The notes beneath the pieces are model-generated. The model made no database searches. It was not told where the DNA came from and was given only the letters and a program-made list of their open reading frames with translations. A stretch of 64,000 nt of DNA from Patescibacteria group bacterium (GTDB lineage Bacteria > Patescibacteriota > Minisyncoccia > Phycocordibacterales > Phycocordibacteraceae), in assembly GCA_018970425.1 (NCBI GenBank), contig JAGWWK010000003.1, positions 10,687-74,686 of the forward strand, read 5' to 3'. Below are positions 10,369 to 19,303 of this stretch, piece after piece (the first letter of the stretch is position 1; the number at the start of each line of letters is the position of its first letter). The position numbers were made by a program, and so were the translations under genes.

Positions 10369-12180
10369 ATGGGAATATTTGATTCATTGTTTGGCGCAAA
10401 AAAAGGTCCCGCGGAGGAGCTGACGCCATTTCTCCCGAAAGATATTTATGAGGCGGCAAAGCTCGACTTTGCCGACATCATTGCACCTGCAGCACTCAAG
10501 ATCACGCCGCGCGAACTCAGCCTGGGAGAAAAGCTCGTACGGACTTTTTATGTAATTTCATATCCGCGATTTCTTTCCGAAAGCTGGTTTGCGCCGATCA
10601 TTAACTTGGATAGAGCGTTCGATGTATCTATATTCGTGCATCCTATTGATACAGCTGGTGTGTTACGCAAATTTCAGAACAAGGTCGCTGAAATTCAGTC
10701 TCAAATTATGGCGCGAGAGCAAAAAGGGCTTGTGCGAGACCCCGTCCTCGACACCGCCTACCGCGACATTGAAGAACTTCGAGACAAACTCCAGCAGGCG
10801 CAAGAGCGCATCTTCGAAGTCGGACTGTATATCTCAATTTATGGCTCAAGTTATGAAGAACTCGATAAGGCGGAGTCTGAAATCCGCTCTATCCTTGACG
10901 CAAAGCTTGTCTACATTAAGCCGGCACTCTTTCAGCAAGAGCAGGGATTCTTGAGCGTCATCCCTACAGGCAAAGACCTGCTCGAGGTTACCTCTAAGCT
11001 CAACTCGTCTCCGCTCTCATCACTGTTCCCATTCATATCGTTCGACCTGACGTCCGATCGCGGCATTCTGTATGGGGTGAATCGCCACAACGCGTCCCTC
11101 ATCTTATTCGACCGATTTTCGCTAGAAAACTATAATTCCGTCACATTCGCGAAGTCCGGAGCTGGGAAGTCCTACGCGACCAAGCTCGAAATTCTCCGCT
11201 CGCTCATGTTCGACACCGAGGTTATTGTGATTGATCCAGAAAATGAGTACGAGTATCTCTCCAACGCTGTGGGAGGGCGGTTCTTCTCCATATCACTGTC
11301 GTCAGACCACCACATTAACCCGTTCGACCTCCCAGTGCCCCGCGAGGATGAGTCACCAGCCGATGTACTCCGCTCTAACATCATTAATCTTGTTGGTCTT
11401 TTCCGTCTCATGCTCGGCGGACTCTCGCCAGAGGAGGACGGCCTCATAGATCGTGCAATAACTGAAACCTATGCCCTGAAAGATATTACCGGTGCGAACA
11501 ACTTTGCCGGGCAAGAGCCTCCGCTCCTTTCGGACTTTGAACTTGTCCTTGCGGGTATGGAGGGCTCAGAATCTCTTGTGCAACGCCTCTCCAAATACAC
11601 TAAGGGAACATGGTCCGGATTCTTGAATAGACCAACGAACGTAGACATCAATAAAAAGTGCGTTGTCTTTTCCGTGCGCGACATGGAGGACGAGTTGAAG
11701 CCAGTCGCGATGTACATCATCACGCACTATATATGGAACGCAGTCCGCAAAGAGCTGAAAAAACGCCTCCTCGTCGTCGATGAGGCGTGGTGGATGATGA
11801 AAAATGACGATACGGCATCATTCTTGTTCTCGATGGCTAAACGCGGACGAAAGTACTTCCTTGGCCTTGCGACCATAACTCAAGACGTAGAGGATTTTCT
11901 TCGAAGTCCATACGGCCTCCCGATGCTCACTAACTCGTCGATCCAGCTCCTCCTCAAGCAATCTCCAACTGCGATCGATGCGGTTCAAAAAACATTTAAC
12001 CTCACTGATGAAGAAAAGTACCTGCTCCTCGAGTCCGATGTGGGGGAGGGGATATTTTTCGCGGGGCTAAAGCACGTCGCGATCAAGATCTTCGGCTCGT
12101 ACGCGGAAGACCAGATCATAACGTCAGACCCATCCCAGCTTCTTGCTATTGCTAAAGCGGCGCGTGAGCGACGTCAGTGA
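10369..12180 (+). CDS. virB4: VirB4/TraC/CagE-family T4SS ATPase, central and C-terminal part (in frame with 9697..10365)
   Basis: Walker A 'FAKSGAGKSYATK' and Walker B 'RLLVVDEAWWMM'. 'ITPRELSLGEKLVRTFYVISYPRF' is the VirB4 middle region. The combined length of 826 aa is typical of full-length VirB4. Confidence 0.8.
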   Translation: MGIFDSLFGAKKGPAEELTPFLPKDIYEAAKLDFADIIAPAALKITPRELSLGEKLVRTFYVISYPRFLSESWFAPIINLDRAFDVSIFVHPIDTAGVLRKFQNKVAEIQSQIMAREQKGLVRDPVLDTAYRDIEELRDKLQQAQERIFEVGLYISIYGSSYEELDKAESEIRSILDAKLVYIKPALFQQEQGFLSVIPTGKDLLEVTSKLNSSPLSSLFPFISFDLTSDRGILYGVNRHNASLILFDRFSLENYNSVTFAKSGAGKSYATKLEILRSLMFDTEVIVIDPENEYEYLSNAVGGRFFSISLSSDHHINPFDLPVPREDESPADVLRSNIINLVGLFRLMLGGLSPEEDGLIDRAITETYALKDITGANNFAGQEPPLLSDFELVLAGMEGSESLVQRLSKYTKGTWSGFLNRPTNVDINKKCVVFSVRDMEDELKPVAMYIITHYIWNAVRKELKKRLLVVDEAWWMMKNDDTASFLFSMAKRGRKYFLGLATITQDVEDFLRSPYGLPMLTNSSIQLLLKQSPTAIDAVQKTFNLTDEEKYLLLESDVGEGIFFAGLKHVAIKIFGSYAEDQIITSDPSQLLAIAKAARERRQ

Positions 12181-12209
12181 CCTCCTGTTTCACTTGGTAT
12201 ACTATAGAT

Positions 12210-13124
12210 ATGCGTTGGCTTGTTGTTGGCCTTCTTCTCTTTGCTCAACCTGTATGTGCGGCAGACCTATTGCTCTCAACGAGCCCTACCGCACCCCGAC
12301 CAGGTGAAAGAGTTACGGTGTCTGCAAAGATACCCGGGGACTCCTCAAGTACACTTTTCTCATGGATCCAAGATGGTATAGAGATTGCGCGTGGCTACGG
12401 ACAGACATCGGTAGAAATTACTATGCCCGCCTTAGGAAAAGAGGTAGAGATCGCTGTCACAGCAAATGGTGAAGAGCTTGTATCGCCACTTGTCCTCAGG
12501 CCTCAGCGAGTGACAATAGAATGGGAAGGATTTTCAACACGACCGCTCATGTACGATGGGCGTCCTATCTTCACGGCTCAAGGTGAAGTACGTTTTCAAG
12601 CGATCGCGGAACTTATAACACCGCGTGGTGAACGGATTATACCTGACGACATTAAGTACACATGGAGTGTCGATGGGGGAACTAGAAAAGAAAGTGGGTA
12701 TGGACGCACAACAATTACCGTCCGCCCTCCGTTCTATAACCGCCCGTTTACCGTGTCCCTCCGTGCAGAAACTCGCTCTGGACTCATCGCACGCGACGAA
12801 GTTACGGTGCAAGCTAAACTCCCATCTGTGGCCATTTACGAACTCTCACCGTTGCGCGGAGTGCTAACCCAGCGTGCCATCACCGCGAACACAACACTTT
12901 CTCAATCCGAAGTTACATTTGTGGCATACACCGTCGGCTCACCCAGAGAACGTGAATACCAATGGACACTCAACAATGAGCCCGTGGTTGTTGCGGGTGA
13001 CGATCCGCGGATCGTGACGTTCCGCAAAACGGGTGCGGGCGTCGGCATATATCAAGTGGGGTTCAATGCGAAAAGCGGTGCACCGTTTGATACGTTCAGC
13101 AGTTCTTTTCTGCTAAACTTCTGA
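12210..13124 (+). CDS. secreted protein with about three Ig-like/beta-sandwich repeats
   Basis: Signal peptide 'MRWLVVGLLLFAQPVCA'. Repeated modules of about 90 aa, for example '...TLFSWIQDG', '...KYTWSVDGG' and '...EYQWTLNNEP'. The ORF track starts at an upstream GTG at 12177. Confidence 0.45.
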   Translation: MRWLVVGLLLFAQPVCAADLLLSTSPTAPRPGERVTVSAKIPGDSSSTLFSWIQDGIEIARGYGQTSVEITMPALGKEVEIAVTANGEELVSPLVLRPQRVTIEWEGFSTRPLMYDGRPIFTAQGEVRFQAIAELITPRGERIIPDDIKYTWSVDGGTRKESGYGRTTITVRPPFYNRPFTVSLRAETRSGLIARDEVTVQAKLPSVAIYELSPLRGVLTQRAITANTTLSQSEVTFVAYTVGSPREREYQWTLNNEPVVVAGDDPRIVTFRKTGAGVGIYQVGFNAKSGAPFDTFSSSFLLNF

Positions 13125-13125
13125 T

Positions 13126-13521
13126 ATGCGGCTACTCCGGATCGCACTACTCACAGCAGGTATCAGCGCGGCGCACGCAGCTTTCGCGGCAACCGATATA
13201 ACTACGCGCCCAGAAAATTTTGTTCCGATAGCTCCCATCATGGGAGAATCCGGACAATACATCACGAGTGGGAGTCTCGGCCAATACATTAATACGCTAT
13301 TTCGCTATTCTATTGGGGTAGGCGCTACTCTCGCAATTATTTGGATTATGATTGGCGGATTTGAATATATCTTTTCAGAGGCGACTGAGTCGAAACAGAC
13401 TGGCCGCCGCCGCATTACGAACGCAATTTATGGCCTCCTCATCCTTCTATTCGTAAGTATAATTCTCTACACGATTGATCCTTTATCGTTAAACCTCGAT
13501 CCGTTTAGAACAGGGAGTTAG
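13126..13521 (+). CDS. VirB2/TrbC-like T4SS pilin candidate
   Basis: 131 aa. Signal peptide 'MRLLRIALLTAGISAAHAAFA' followed by two hydrophobic helices, 'IGVGATLAIIWIMIGGFEYIF' and 'AIYGLLILLFVSIILYTI'. This is the classic T-pilin architecture. Confidence 0.5.
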   Translation: MRLLRIALLTAGISAAHAAFAATDITTRPENFVPIAPIMGESGQYITSGSLGQYINTLFRYSIGVGATLAIIWIMIGGFEYIFSEATESKQTGRRRITNAIYGLLILLFVSIILYTIDPLSLNLDPFRTGS

Positions 13522-13524
13522 TAC

Positions 13525-14727
13525 ATGCGTATCTCACAACTTGCGCTTGCATTTGGTTTTCTAGCGATACTTGGGGTAGTGGCTCTCGGAATATGGCTGG
13601 GATCGCGCATGCTTACACAAGGATCAGAAGGCGCGAGAACAGCGCTACAGGGTTTTACCTCATTCTTACCCTATGGACAGCCCGTGCCCGGTGAATCCAT
13701 AATCGGGACAGGCGCAGAGATACAGGAGGAACCTATTGTACGAATGAGGCGCGTTTCAGATGCACCGGTTGCAGGCGCTGCTTTCTTTGAAGAGAACGGC
13801 CGACCCATCCTTCGATTTGTTGAACGGGAAACTGGGCATATATATGATGCATCGCCAGCGAATAAAACGCTCGTACGCAGATCGAACACAACTATTCCTG
13901 CAGTTATGAATGCATTTTTCTTAAATGCGACCTCAACGCTCATGCGCGTGTACGAGACCCCTGACTCAGTTCGCACCATTCTCGGCACACTAGGGACCAC
14001 TACCGAGGAGGATGCCACCTTGGCTACTACTAACTTCACTGACTACGCATCTATCGCGGTACAGAACGGTAGCATAGTAGGTATTCGACGGACTACCCAG
14101 GGCGCTGAAGTAGACCTTCTTTCCGGCGGACGAATACCGGGACGAACTGTCACTCGGACATCATTGACATCTTGGATTCCAGCACTTGCGGGGGCGAGCG
14201 TCTACCTCACCGCCTCGCCAAGCGGAACTGCTCTTGGTTCCTCATATGCGGTATCTAGAAGTGGCCTTGTACGCATAATTGGCCCTCTTCCTGGCCTAGA
14301 AATACTTCCTAGTGACACAGGGAAAACGCTTCTTGCATCCGAGGGAGGAGCGAATCGCGCCGTTCTCGGAACCGTGACAAATGTAGATTCATTCGTCCCA
14401 TTGCCATTTGAAACATTCATTGAAAAATGCGTTTGGGCATCCAAGTCCGACGTGTTGGTTATCTGCGCCATCCCCAAGTCATTACCTGTGGGTATCTACC
14501 CTGATGCGTGGAAACTGGGAGAAATTACTACGGCTGACGAGTTCTGGTCGGTCGACCTTGAAACGGGAGCAACAATACGCATCGCGGATCCGGAGACGGA
14601 GGGTGTAGGAGTGCTAGATGCGCATCAACTTACGACCGATCCAACAAATCAATATCTTGCTTTTATAAATCGCACGGATATGTCGCTCTGGATTCTTAGT
14701 CTAGAGACGCCGGAGACTGGGGAATAG
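13525..14727 (+). CDS. membrane-anchored extracytoplasmic hypothetical protein (400 aa), last gene of the T4SS-like operon
   Basis: N-terminal TM 'LALAFGFLAILGVVALGIWLG'. The rest is Ser/Thr/Gly-rich and looks beta-rich. Confidence 0.4.
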   Translation: MRISQLALAFGFLAILGVVALGIWLGSRMLTQGSEGARTALQGFTSFLPYGQPVPGESIIGTGAEIQEEPIVRMRRVSDAPVAGAAFFEENGRPILRFVERETGHIYDASPANKTLVRRSNTTIPAVMNAFFLNATSTLMRVYETPDSVRTILGTLGTTTEEDATLATTNFTDYASIAVQNGSIVGIRRTTQGAEVDLLSGGRIPGRTVTRTSLTSWIPALAGASVYLTASPSGTALGSSYAVSRSGLVRIIGPLPGLEILPSDTGKTLLASEGGANRAVLGTVTNVDSFVPLPFETFIEKCVWASKSDVLVICAIPKSLPVGIYPDAWKLGEITTADEFWSVDLETGATIRIADPETEGVGVLDAHQLTTDPTNQYLAFINRTDMSLWILSLETPETGE

Positions 14728-15178
14728 TCGGATCGATATAGCGAACGACAATGTGGCGGAGTGGACCCTCGCCATGAGACATGGTCTGAATATCAGTAGC
14801 ATCTTTAAGAGTTGCGTGTATGATCATGCGCTCGTAGGCGTTCATTGGAGGAAGCTCTACATCGTAACGGAACGTCCGTGCACGCTCAGCTACAAGCTTT
14901 GCCTGGTCTTCAAGTGACTTAATCTTTTTATGGTGATATCCGTTTACGTCTATGACAAAATGGAAGTCGCGAGGAACTTCTTTTTCCAGCATCTTTTTAA
15001 CAATATGATTGAGTGCCGATAGGGTCTCTCCATTTTTTCCGATCAGTTTTCCTGATTCAATCGTACGAATGGTAAAAATGGTGCTACCTGCAGCTTCAGA
15101 TACCTCTATACCATCAACCGGCAGGCCAAGCTTGCTAATAATACTTCGGACTGATGTCTCAATGAGTGCTGTGTCCAT
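14696..15178 (-). CDS. jag: Jag/KhpB RNA-binding protein (KH + R3H domains)
   Basis: KH motif 'LIGKNGETLSALNHIV' and R3H 'YERMIIHATL'. It sits downstream of yidC, as in the canonical origin-region operon. Confidence 0.75.
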   Translation of the reverse strand: MDTALIETSVRSIISKLGLPVDGIEVSEAAGSTIFTIRTIESGKLIGKNGETLSALNHIVKKMLEKEVPRDFHFVIDVNGYHHKKIKSLEDQAKLVAERARTFRYDVELPPMNAYERMIIHATLKDATDIQTMSHGEGPLRHIVVRYIDPTIPQSPASLD

Positions 15179-15899
15179 GGGTTTCCGCGTGGCGACGCTT
15201 TGCCACTACTTCCTGCAGTATGCCAAAAATATTTGAGGTGAGGAAGTAGAGGGCTATCGCGGCGCTTGCTATGTAGGCAATACCCCCAAGGAGGATAGGA
15301 AACACATACCGCATTTGAATGTGCATAGAGGCCATGAGGTCATCTTGAAATGCTTTACCCGTCTTTTCAGGCGCGGCAGGCATCATAAGGCGTGAAAGCC
15401 AGTACTGCGTTCCCGCAACGAGGACGGCCAGTACTACAGACGGCTCATTGAGCGGGACTATATTAAGGAATACAAAGCTTGAAACCTGTGGCTCAACCAC
15501 AAACGGGTACAGGAGTGCCGTATCAAAAACTCCCGTCTTGCTATCGGCCCATATGACCCAGTAGAGTCCGAAAATGATCGGGAGCTGCAAGAGGATAATA
15601 AAAAAGCTAGCGAACGGGTTTACCTTGTGCTCTCGGTACAGCGCGAGCGTCTTCATCGCGAGTTCCTGCGGTGCATTCTTATGTGCTTCTCGTAATACTC
15701 GGAGCTGAGGTTCGAGAGAGCGGAGAACAATCTGCGTATGCGAGGCTTTTACACCAAGAGGGAATAGGGCAACCTTAACGAGTACAGTAAGAAGTACGAT
15801 AGCGAGGCCGACGTCTCCCGCAGGCATCCAAGATACTAAAAATGCCAGCGCGTTGTAGATCGGGAGATAAATGAACGAGTGAAAAAATGCTACGAACAC
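15159..15899 (-). CDS. yidC: membrane protein insertase YidC (short Gram-positive-type form)
   Basis: 'LLTVLVKVALFPLGVKASHTQIVLRSLEPQLRVLREAHKNAPQELAMKTLALYREHKVNP' matches the YidC/Oxa1 core, with further TM helices downstream. Confidence 0.8.
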   Translation of the reverse strand: MFVAFFHSFIYLPIYNALAFLVSWMPAGDVGLAIVLLTVLVKVALFPLGVKASHTQIVLRSLEPQLRVLREAHKNAPQELAMKTLALYREHKVNPFASFFIILLQLPIIFGLYWVIWADSKTGVFDTALLYPFVVEPQVSSFVFLNIVPLNEPSVVLAVLVAGTQYWLSRLMMPAAPEKTGKAFQDDLMASMHIQMRYVFPILLGGIAYIASAAIALYFLTSNIFGILQEVVAKRRHAETHGHSTH

Positions 15900-15908
15900 C
15901 CGGCCATT

Positions 15909-16214
15909 CTATCCTAGGAGCACTGCTTTACCTAACGAATCACGCACGACTGCGTATGGTGCACGAAGCGCTTCTCCTGTCGGGTACACCACGACCCCAC
16001 ATCGAGGGTCTGCGAGCCCCCGTACAATATGACGCACTCGCCGACGCAGTCTGTTCCGATCTACGGCTCTACGGAGGGTTTTTTTTGAAATTATGACAGC
16101 GTAACCTGGGGGTGCCTGATCAAAAAAAGACACGGACCCGTACTGCGTACGGGTCCGACGACTTGGGCGGGATGAAAAAGTAGCGCGAGGCAAGCGAAGC
16201 GATGCTCGATACAT
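15909..16214 (-). CDS. rnpA: RNase P protein component RnpA (start trimmed to an internal ATG so that it does not overlap rpmH)
   Basis: 'VIISKKTLRRAVDRNRLRRRVRHIV' matches the RnpA signature 'sKK..k.AveRNRiKR'. The ORF-track start at 16307 would overlap rpmH; ATG at 16214 leaves a 13-nt spacer. Confidence 0.75.
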   Translation of the reverse strand: MYRASLRLPRATFSSRPSRRTRTQYGSVSFFDQAPPGYAVIISKKTLRRAVDRNRLRRRVRHIVRGLADPRCGVVVYPTGEALRAPYAVVRDSLGKAVLLG

Positions 16215-16227
16215 GCCTACCTCGGCA

Positions 16228-16362
16228 CTATACGGCGAGACGAGCGCGTCCTTTCTGTCGGCGACGAGCGAGTACTTTGCGACCTGCGGCCGTTTTTGAA
16301 CGGACAAGGAATCCGTGAGTAGTTGCTCGCTTGCGCTTTTTTGGTTGATATGTTCGTTTCAT
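16228..16362 (-). CDS. rpmH: 50S ribosomal protein L34 (not present in the ORF track)
   Basis: The minus strand translates to '[44 protein letters not shown]' (44 aa), a near-canonical L34. Confidence 0.9.
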   Translation of the reverse strand: MKRTYQPKKRKRATTHGFLVRSKTAAGRKVLARRRQKGRARLAV

Positions 16363-16375
16363 AATCGATGCGTGG

Positions 16376-16395
16376 TTATACACACATTATACACA
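16376..16395. promoter_or_regulatory. two direct DnaA-box-like 9-mers (TTATACACA x2) in the rpmH-dnaA intergenic region
   Basis: 'TTATACACA' at 16376-16384 and again at 16387-16395; both fit the relaxed DnaA-box consensus TTATNCACA. They lie in the 95-bp spacer upstream of dnaA. Confidence 0.5.
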
Positions 16396-16457
16396 GTGCA
16401 CTAGAAATCTCAACGTTTTCCGACGCCTTGCCACATACCCTGAGTAGGGGATAATGA

Positions 16458-17807
16458 GTGGACATGCAACTCGATACGAAGCAGCTGTGGGAAAACGTGC
16501 TGACAAACATCGAGCTCTCCATCTCTCCCGCGAGCTTTAAGATGTGGTTCAGAGAAACACACATTGCCCGCATTGAAGAGGGAGTGCTCGTAGTTGGCGT
16601 TCAGAACCAGCTCACTAAAGACTGGCTCAATGAAAAATTCGGTAAATTAATACTTAAGACTGTTCGTGGATTCGTAGATACCATCCGCGCGATTGAATTT
16701 ATTGTTTCTAAGGAGAACCCGCGTAAGGTGCCTGAAAAGGTGGTAACCGCGCCGCGAAGCGACGAGCTCCCTATAGGAGACTACTTGGTAAACCGATCTG
16801 ACAACCTAAACCCTCGGTACACCTTTGACTCATTTGTGGTCGGTCCCTTTAACGAGCTCGCGTATACAGCCTCACTCGCGGTAGCGCAAAACCCGGGCAT
16901 CGCCTACAACCCGCTCTTCGTATACGGCGAAACGGGGCGTGGAAAAACACACCTCATCCAAGCAACGGGAGCGCACATAAAAAAGACGACTCACAATAAA
17001 AAGGTCTTTTATCTGACCGCAGAGCGGTTCGGCTTCGAGTTTATGACAGCGATCAATAACCGAACAATTCCGCAGTTTAAAGAAAAGTATCGCTCATACG
17101 ATGTGCTTATCGTTGACGATATGCAGTTCTTCTCTAAGAAGGGGACACTGCAGGAGGAGTTCTTCCATCTCTTCAACACACTCCATGATGCAAACAAGCA
17201 GATTATCTGCTCATCGGACCGGCACCCGAACCTTATACAAGACATTACTGATCGCCTGAAGAGTAGATTCATAGCGGGTATGACTGTGGCGATTCAGGAG
17301 CCTGACCACGAGAGTCGTATGGCAATCATTCAAGCAAAGGCAGAGTCGATGAAGCTTCAGCTCTCACGGGAAATCATTGAACAACTCTCCCTCGCCGTGC
17401 CCGGGAACATCCGCGAGATTGAGGGTATGCTCAACACCATCCTGTGCCAGCAGCAGCTCCGTACCGCGCTCACGGACGATGATGTCCGAGACATCATAAA
17501 GACAACTGCTCGACCTAAAAAGACTGTGTCCGTTAAGCATGTCATTCAGAAGATCTCGGAGTACTACTCAATAGACGAAGCGGCTATGTATGCGAAGACG
17601 AGACGCAGAGAAGTCGTAAAACCAAGGCAAATAATTATGTTCATCCTTCGCGAGGATTTCCACATGTCATACCCAGCAATCGGATCGGTGTTCGGCGGGC
17701 GCGATCATACGACAGTTATCCACGCATGCGAGAAAATAAAAGGGGATATGCATGCGGATGAAGTGTTTAAAAACCAGGTCGATGAAATTAGAGGCATGTT
17801 GAAGTGA
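16458..17807 (+). CDS. dnaA: chromosomal replication initiator DnaA
   Basis: AAA+ Walker A 'GETGRGKTHL', Walker B 'LIVDDMQF' and C-terminal DNA-binding 'GGRDHTTVIHA'. Confidence 0.9.
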   Translation: MDMQLDTKQLWENVLTNIELSISPASFKMWFRETHIARIEEGVLVVGVQNQLTKDWLNEKFGKLILKTVRGFVDTIRAIEFIVSKENPRKVPEKVVTAPRSDELPIGDYLVNRSDNLNPRYTFDSFVVGPFNELAYTASLAVAQNPGIAYNPLFVYGETGRGKTHLIQATGAHIKKTTHNKKVFYLTAERFGFEFMTAINNRTIPQFKEKYRSYDVLIVDDMQFFSKKGTLQEEFFHLFNTLHDANKQIICSSDRHPNLIQDITDRLKSRFIAGMTVAIQEPDHESRMAIIQAKAESMKLQLSREIIEQLSLAVPGNIREIEGMLNTILCQQQLRTALTDDDVRDIIKTTARPKKTVSVKHVIQKISEYYSIDEAAMYAKTRRREVVKPRQIIMFILREDFHMSYPAIGSVFGGRDHTTVIHACEKIKGDMHADEVFKNQVDEIRGMLK

Positions 17808-17939
17808 GATTCCCCACACTCGCATGATCTCTCTTCACACAGATAGTCCACAGTGGTACCGAGAAAATGATCATATTCTAAGCCACCATTCAGAAACCCA
17901 CATAATTCACAGAGCATTAGTATAAAGAAGTTTGTATAT

Positions 17940-19040
17940 ATGAAAATAGAAATACTAAGAGATCATTTAGACAGAGCAGTTAGCACCGCGGCAAAGGTGA
18001 GTAACAAGCAACTATCATTGCCTGTATTAGGGTGTGCAGTGTTTGTTGCGACTAAGGAGCGGGCCGTCCTACGTGCGACAAATTTAGATGTGAGTGTTGA
18101 GGTGGTGCTTAAGGCAAAGGTCATTACTGAGGGCGTGGCGGCGGTACCTGCACATGTTCTTGCGCAGACCGTTGCGGCGTTCTCTGATCAGAAACTGACG
18201 ATAGAGGCAAAAGAGACTACGTTGAAAGTGGTCGGGGAGCGAGGCAAGAGTAGTATTGCAACGATAGATGCGAGTGAGTTTCCCACACTTCCGTATGTTA
18301 AAGAAGGAGAGGGTGTAGCGGTTCGTATTCCAAGTAAGGAGCTTGGGGCGCTTCTCAAGAACGTATCATTCGCGGCAGCGACATCAAGTATGCGCCCAGA
18401 GCTTGCGAGTGTATCTCTTTCGCTCGACGGGGGAGAGCTGATTGCTGCGGCAACTGACTCCTTTCGCCTTGCGGAGGCGCGAATCCGCACTAAAGAACGT
18501 GCGGCGTTTGGACCTGCTCTTATTCCTGCCCGGAATGTGCCTGAAATCGTTCGCTGTATAGAGTTTGGAGCAGAAACTGATATACGAGTCGCGGAGACGC
18601 AGATTACCTGTGTAACTGATCATGGGTTTATTACGTCTCGGACTATAGACGGTGCGTTCCCGGACTATCGGGGTTTAGTCCCTAAGGAGTTTTCGGCGAC
18701 CGCGACTGTTCTTCGTGAGGATGTGGTTAGGGCTTTTCGAAAAGTTCAAATATTTGCTGATGCATTCAATCAGGTTCACATTACTGTGGATCCGGTAGCG
18801 CATCGATTTTCTATCCAATCATCGAACGCGGCAGTAGGGGAGACTGATGAAGACATTCCCGCATCTGTTGAAGGAGAGCAGATTGCAATGAATTTTAACG
18901 CTAAGTACATTACCGACGCACTTTCGGTTATGGGTGGAGATAGTACCTCGTTTGCAATTGCGGGGCCGGGAAAGCCGATGGTACTTAAGGACACGCCAAA
19001 TCGAGGGTTTATGTACCTCGTGATGCCGATGAATCGCTAA
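17940..19040 (+). CDS. dnaN: DNA polymerase III beta sliding clamp
   Basis: 366 aa immediately downstream of dnaA. Three-domain clamp-like periodicity; the N-terminus 'MKIEILRDHLDRAVSTAAKV' is typical of DnaN. Confidence 0.8.
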   Translation: MKIEILRDHLDRAVSTAAKVSNKQLSLPVLGCAVFVATKERAVLRATNLDVSVEVVLKAKVITEGVAAVPAHVLAQTVAAFSDQKLTIEAKETTLKVVGERGKSSIATIDASEFPTLPYVKEGEGVAVRIPSKELGALLKNVSFAAATSSMRPELASVSLSLDGGELIAAATDSFRLAEARIRTKERAAFGPALIPARNVPEIVRCIEFGAETDIRVAETQITCVTDHGFITSRTIDGAFPDYRGLVPKEFSATATVLREDVVRAFRKVQIFADAFNQVHITVDPVAHRFSIQSSNAAVGETDEDIPASVEGEQIAMNFNAKYITDALSVMGGDSTSFAIAGPGKPMVLKDTPNRGFMYLVMPMNR

Positions 19041-19303
19041 TGAAGTCTGCTAGCGACTTTCTATCAAAGTTCCATAAACTGACGCCACCAAATGACGCTG
19101 TGCGTCGCGCAGTAGCGCAGGCGGTGAGTGCTGTGTTAGGTACTCATATTCCCAAAGAGCGCATCAGGGTGCATAACGGAGTCGCGTTTATAGAATTATC
19201 TTCTGTAGCTCGAAATAAATTGCGCATAGAGCGCCAGTCCGTGTTGGAAGTGCTCTATGAGCGGTTGCCGTCTGCGCGCCACACCGTGCGAGATATTCGC
19301 TAA
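19040..19303 (+). CDS. DUF721/DciA-like small protein
   Basis: 'IRVHNGVAFIELSSVARNKLRIERQSVLEVL' resembles the DUF721 pattern ('NGvLfV.v.ssaw.qeL.f...iL..L'). Its position right after dnaN is typical. Confidence 0.5.
   Translation: MKSASDFLSKFHKLTPPNDAVRRAVAQAVSAVLGTHIPKERIRVHNGVAFIELSSVARNKLRIERQSVLEVLYERLPSARHTVRDIR

Noticed and set aside
15909-16307. Full-length 132-aa rnpA ORF call
   Set aside because: Its first 31 codons (TTG start) overlap the clearly genuine rpmH (16228-16362) in another frame. rnpA was trimmed to ATG 16214.
17808-17939. Strong DnaA-box cluster in the dnaA-dnaN spacer
   Set aside because: Only weak matches occur (TCCACA cores with two or more mismatches to TTATCCACA). 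These are noted as possible but are not annotated as a feature.
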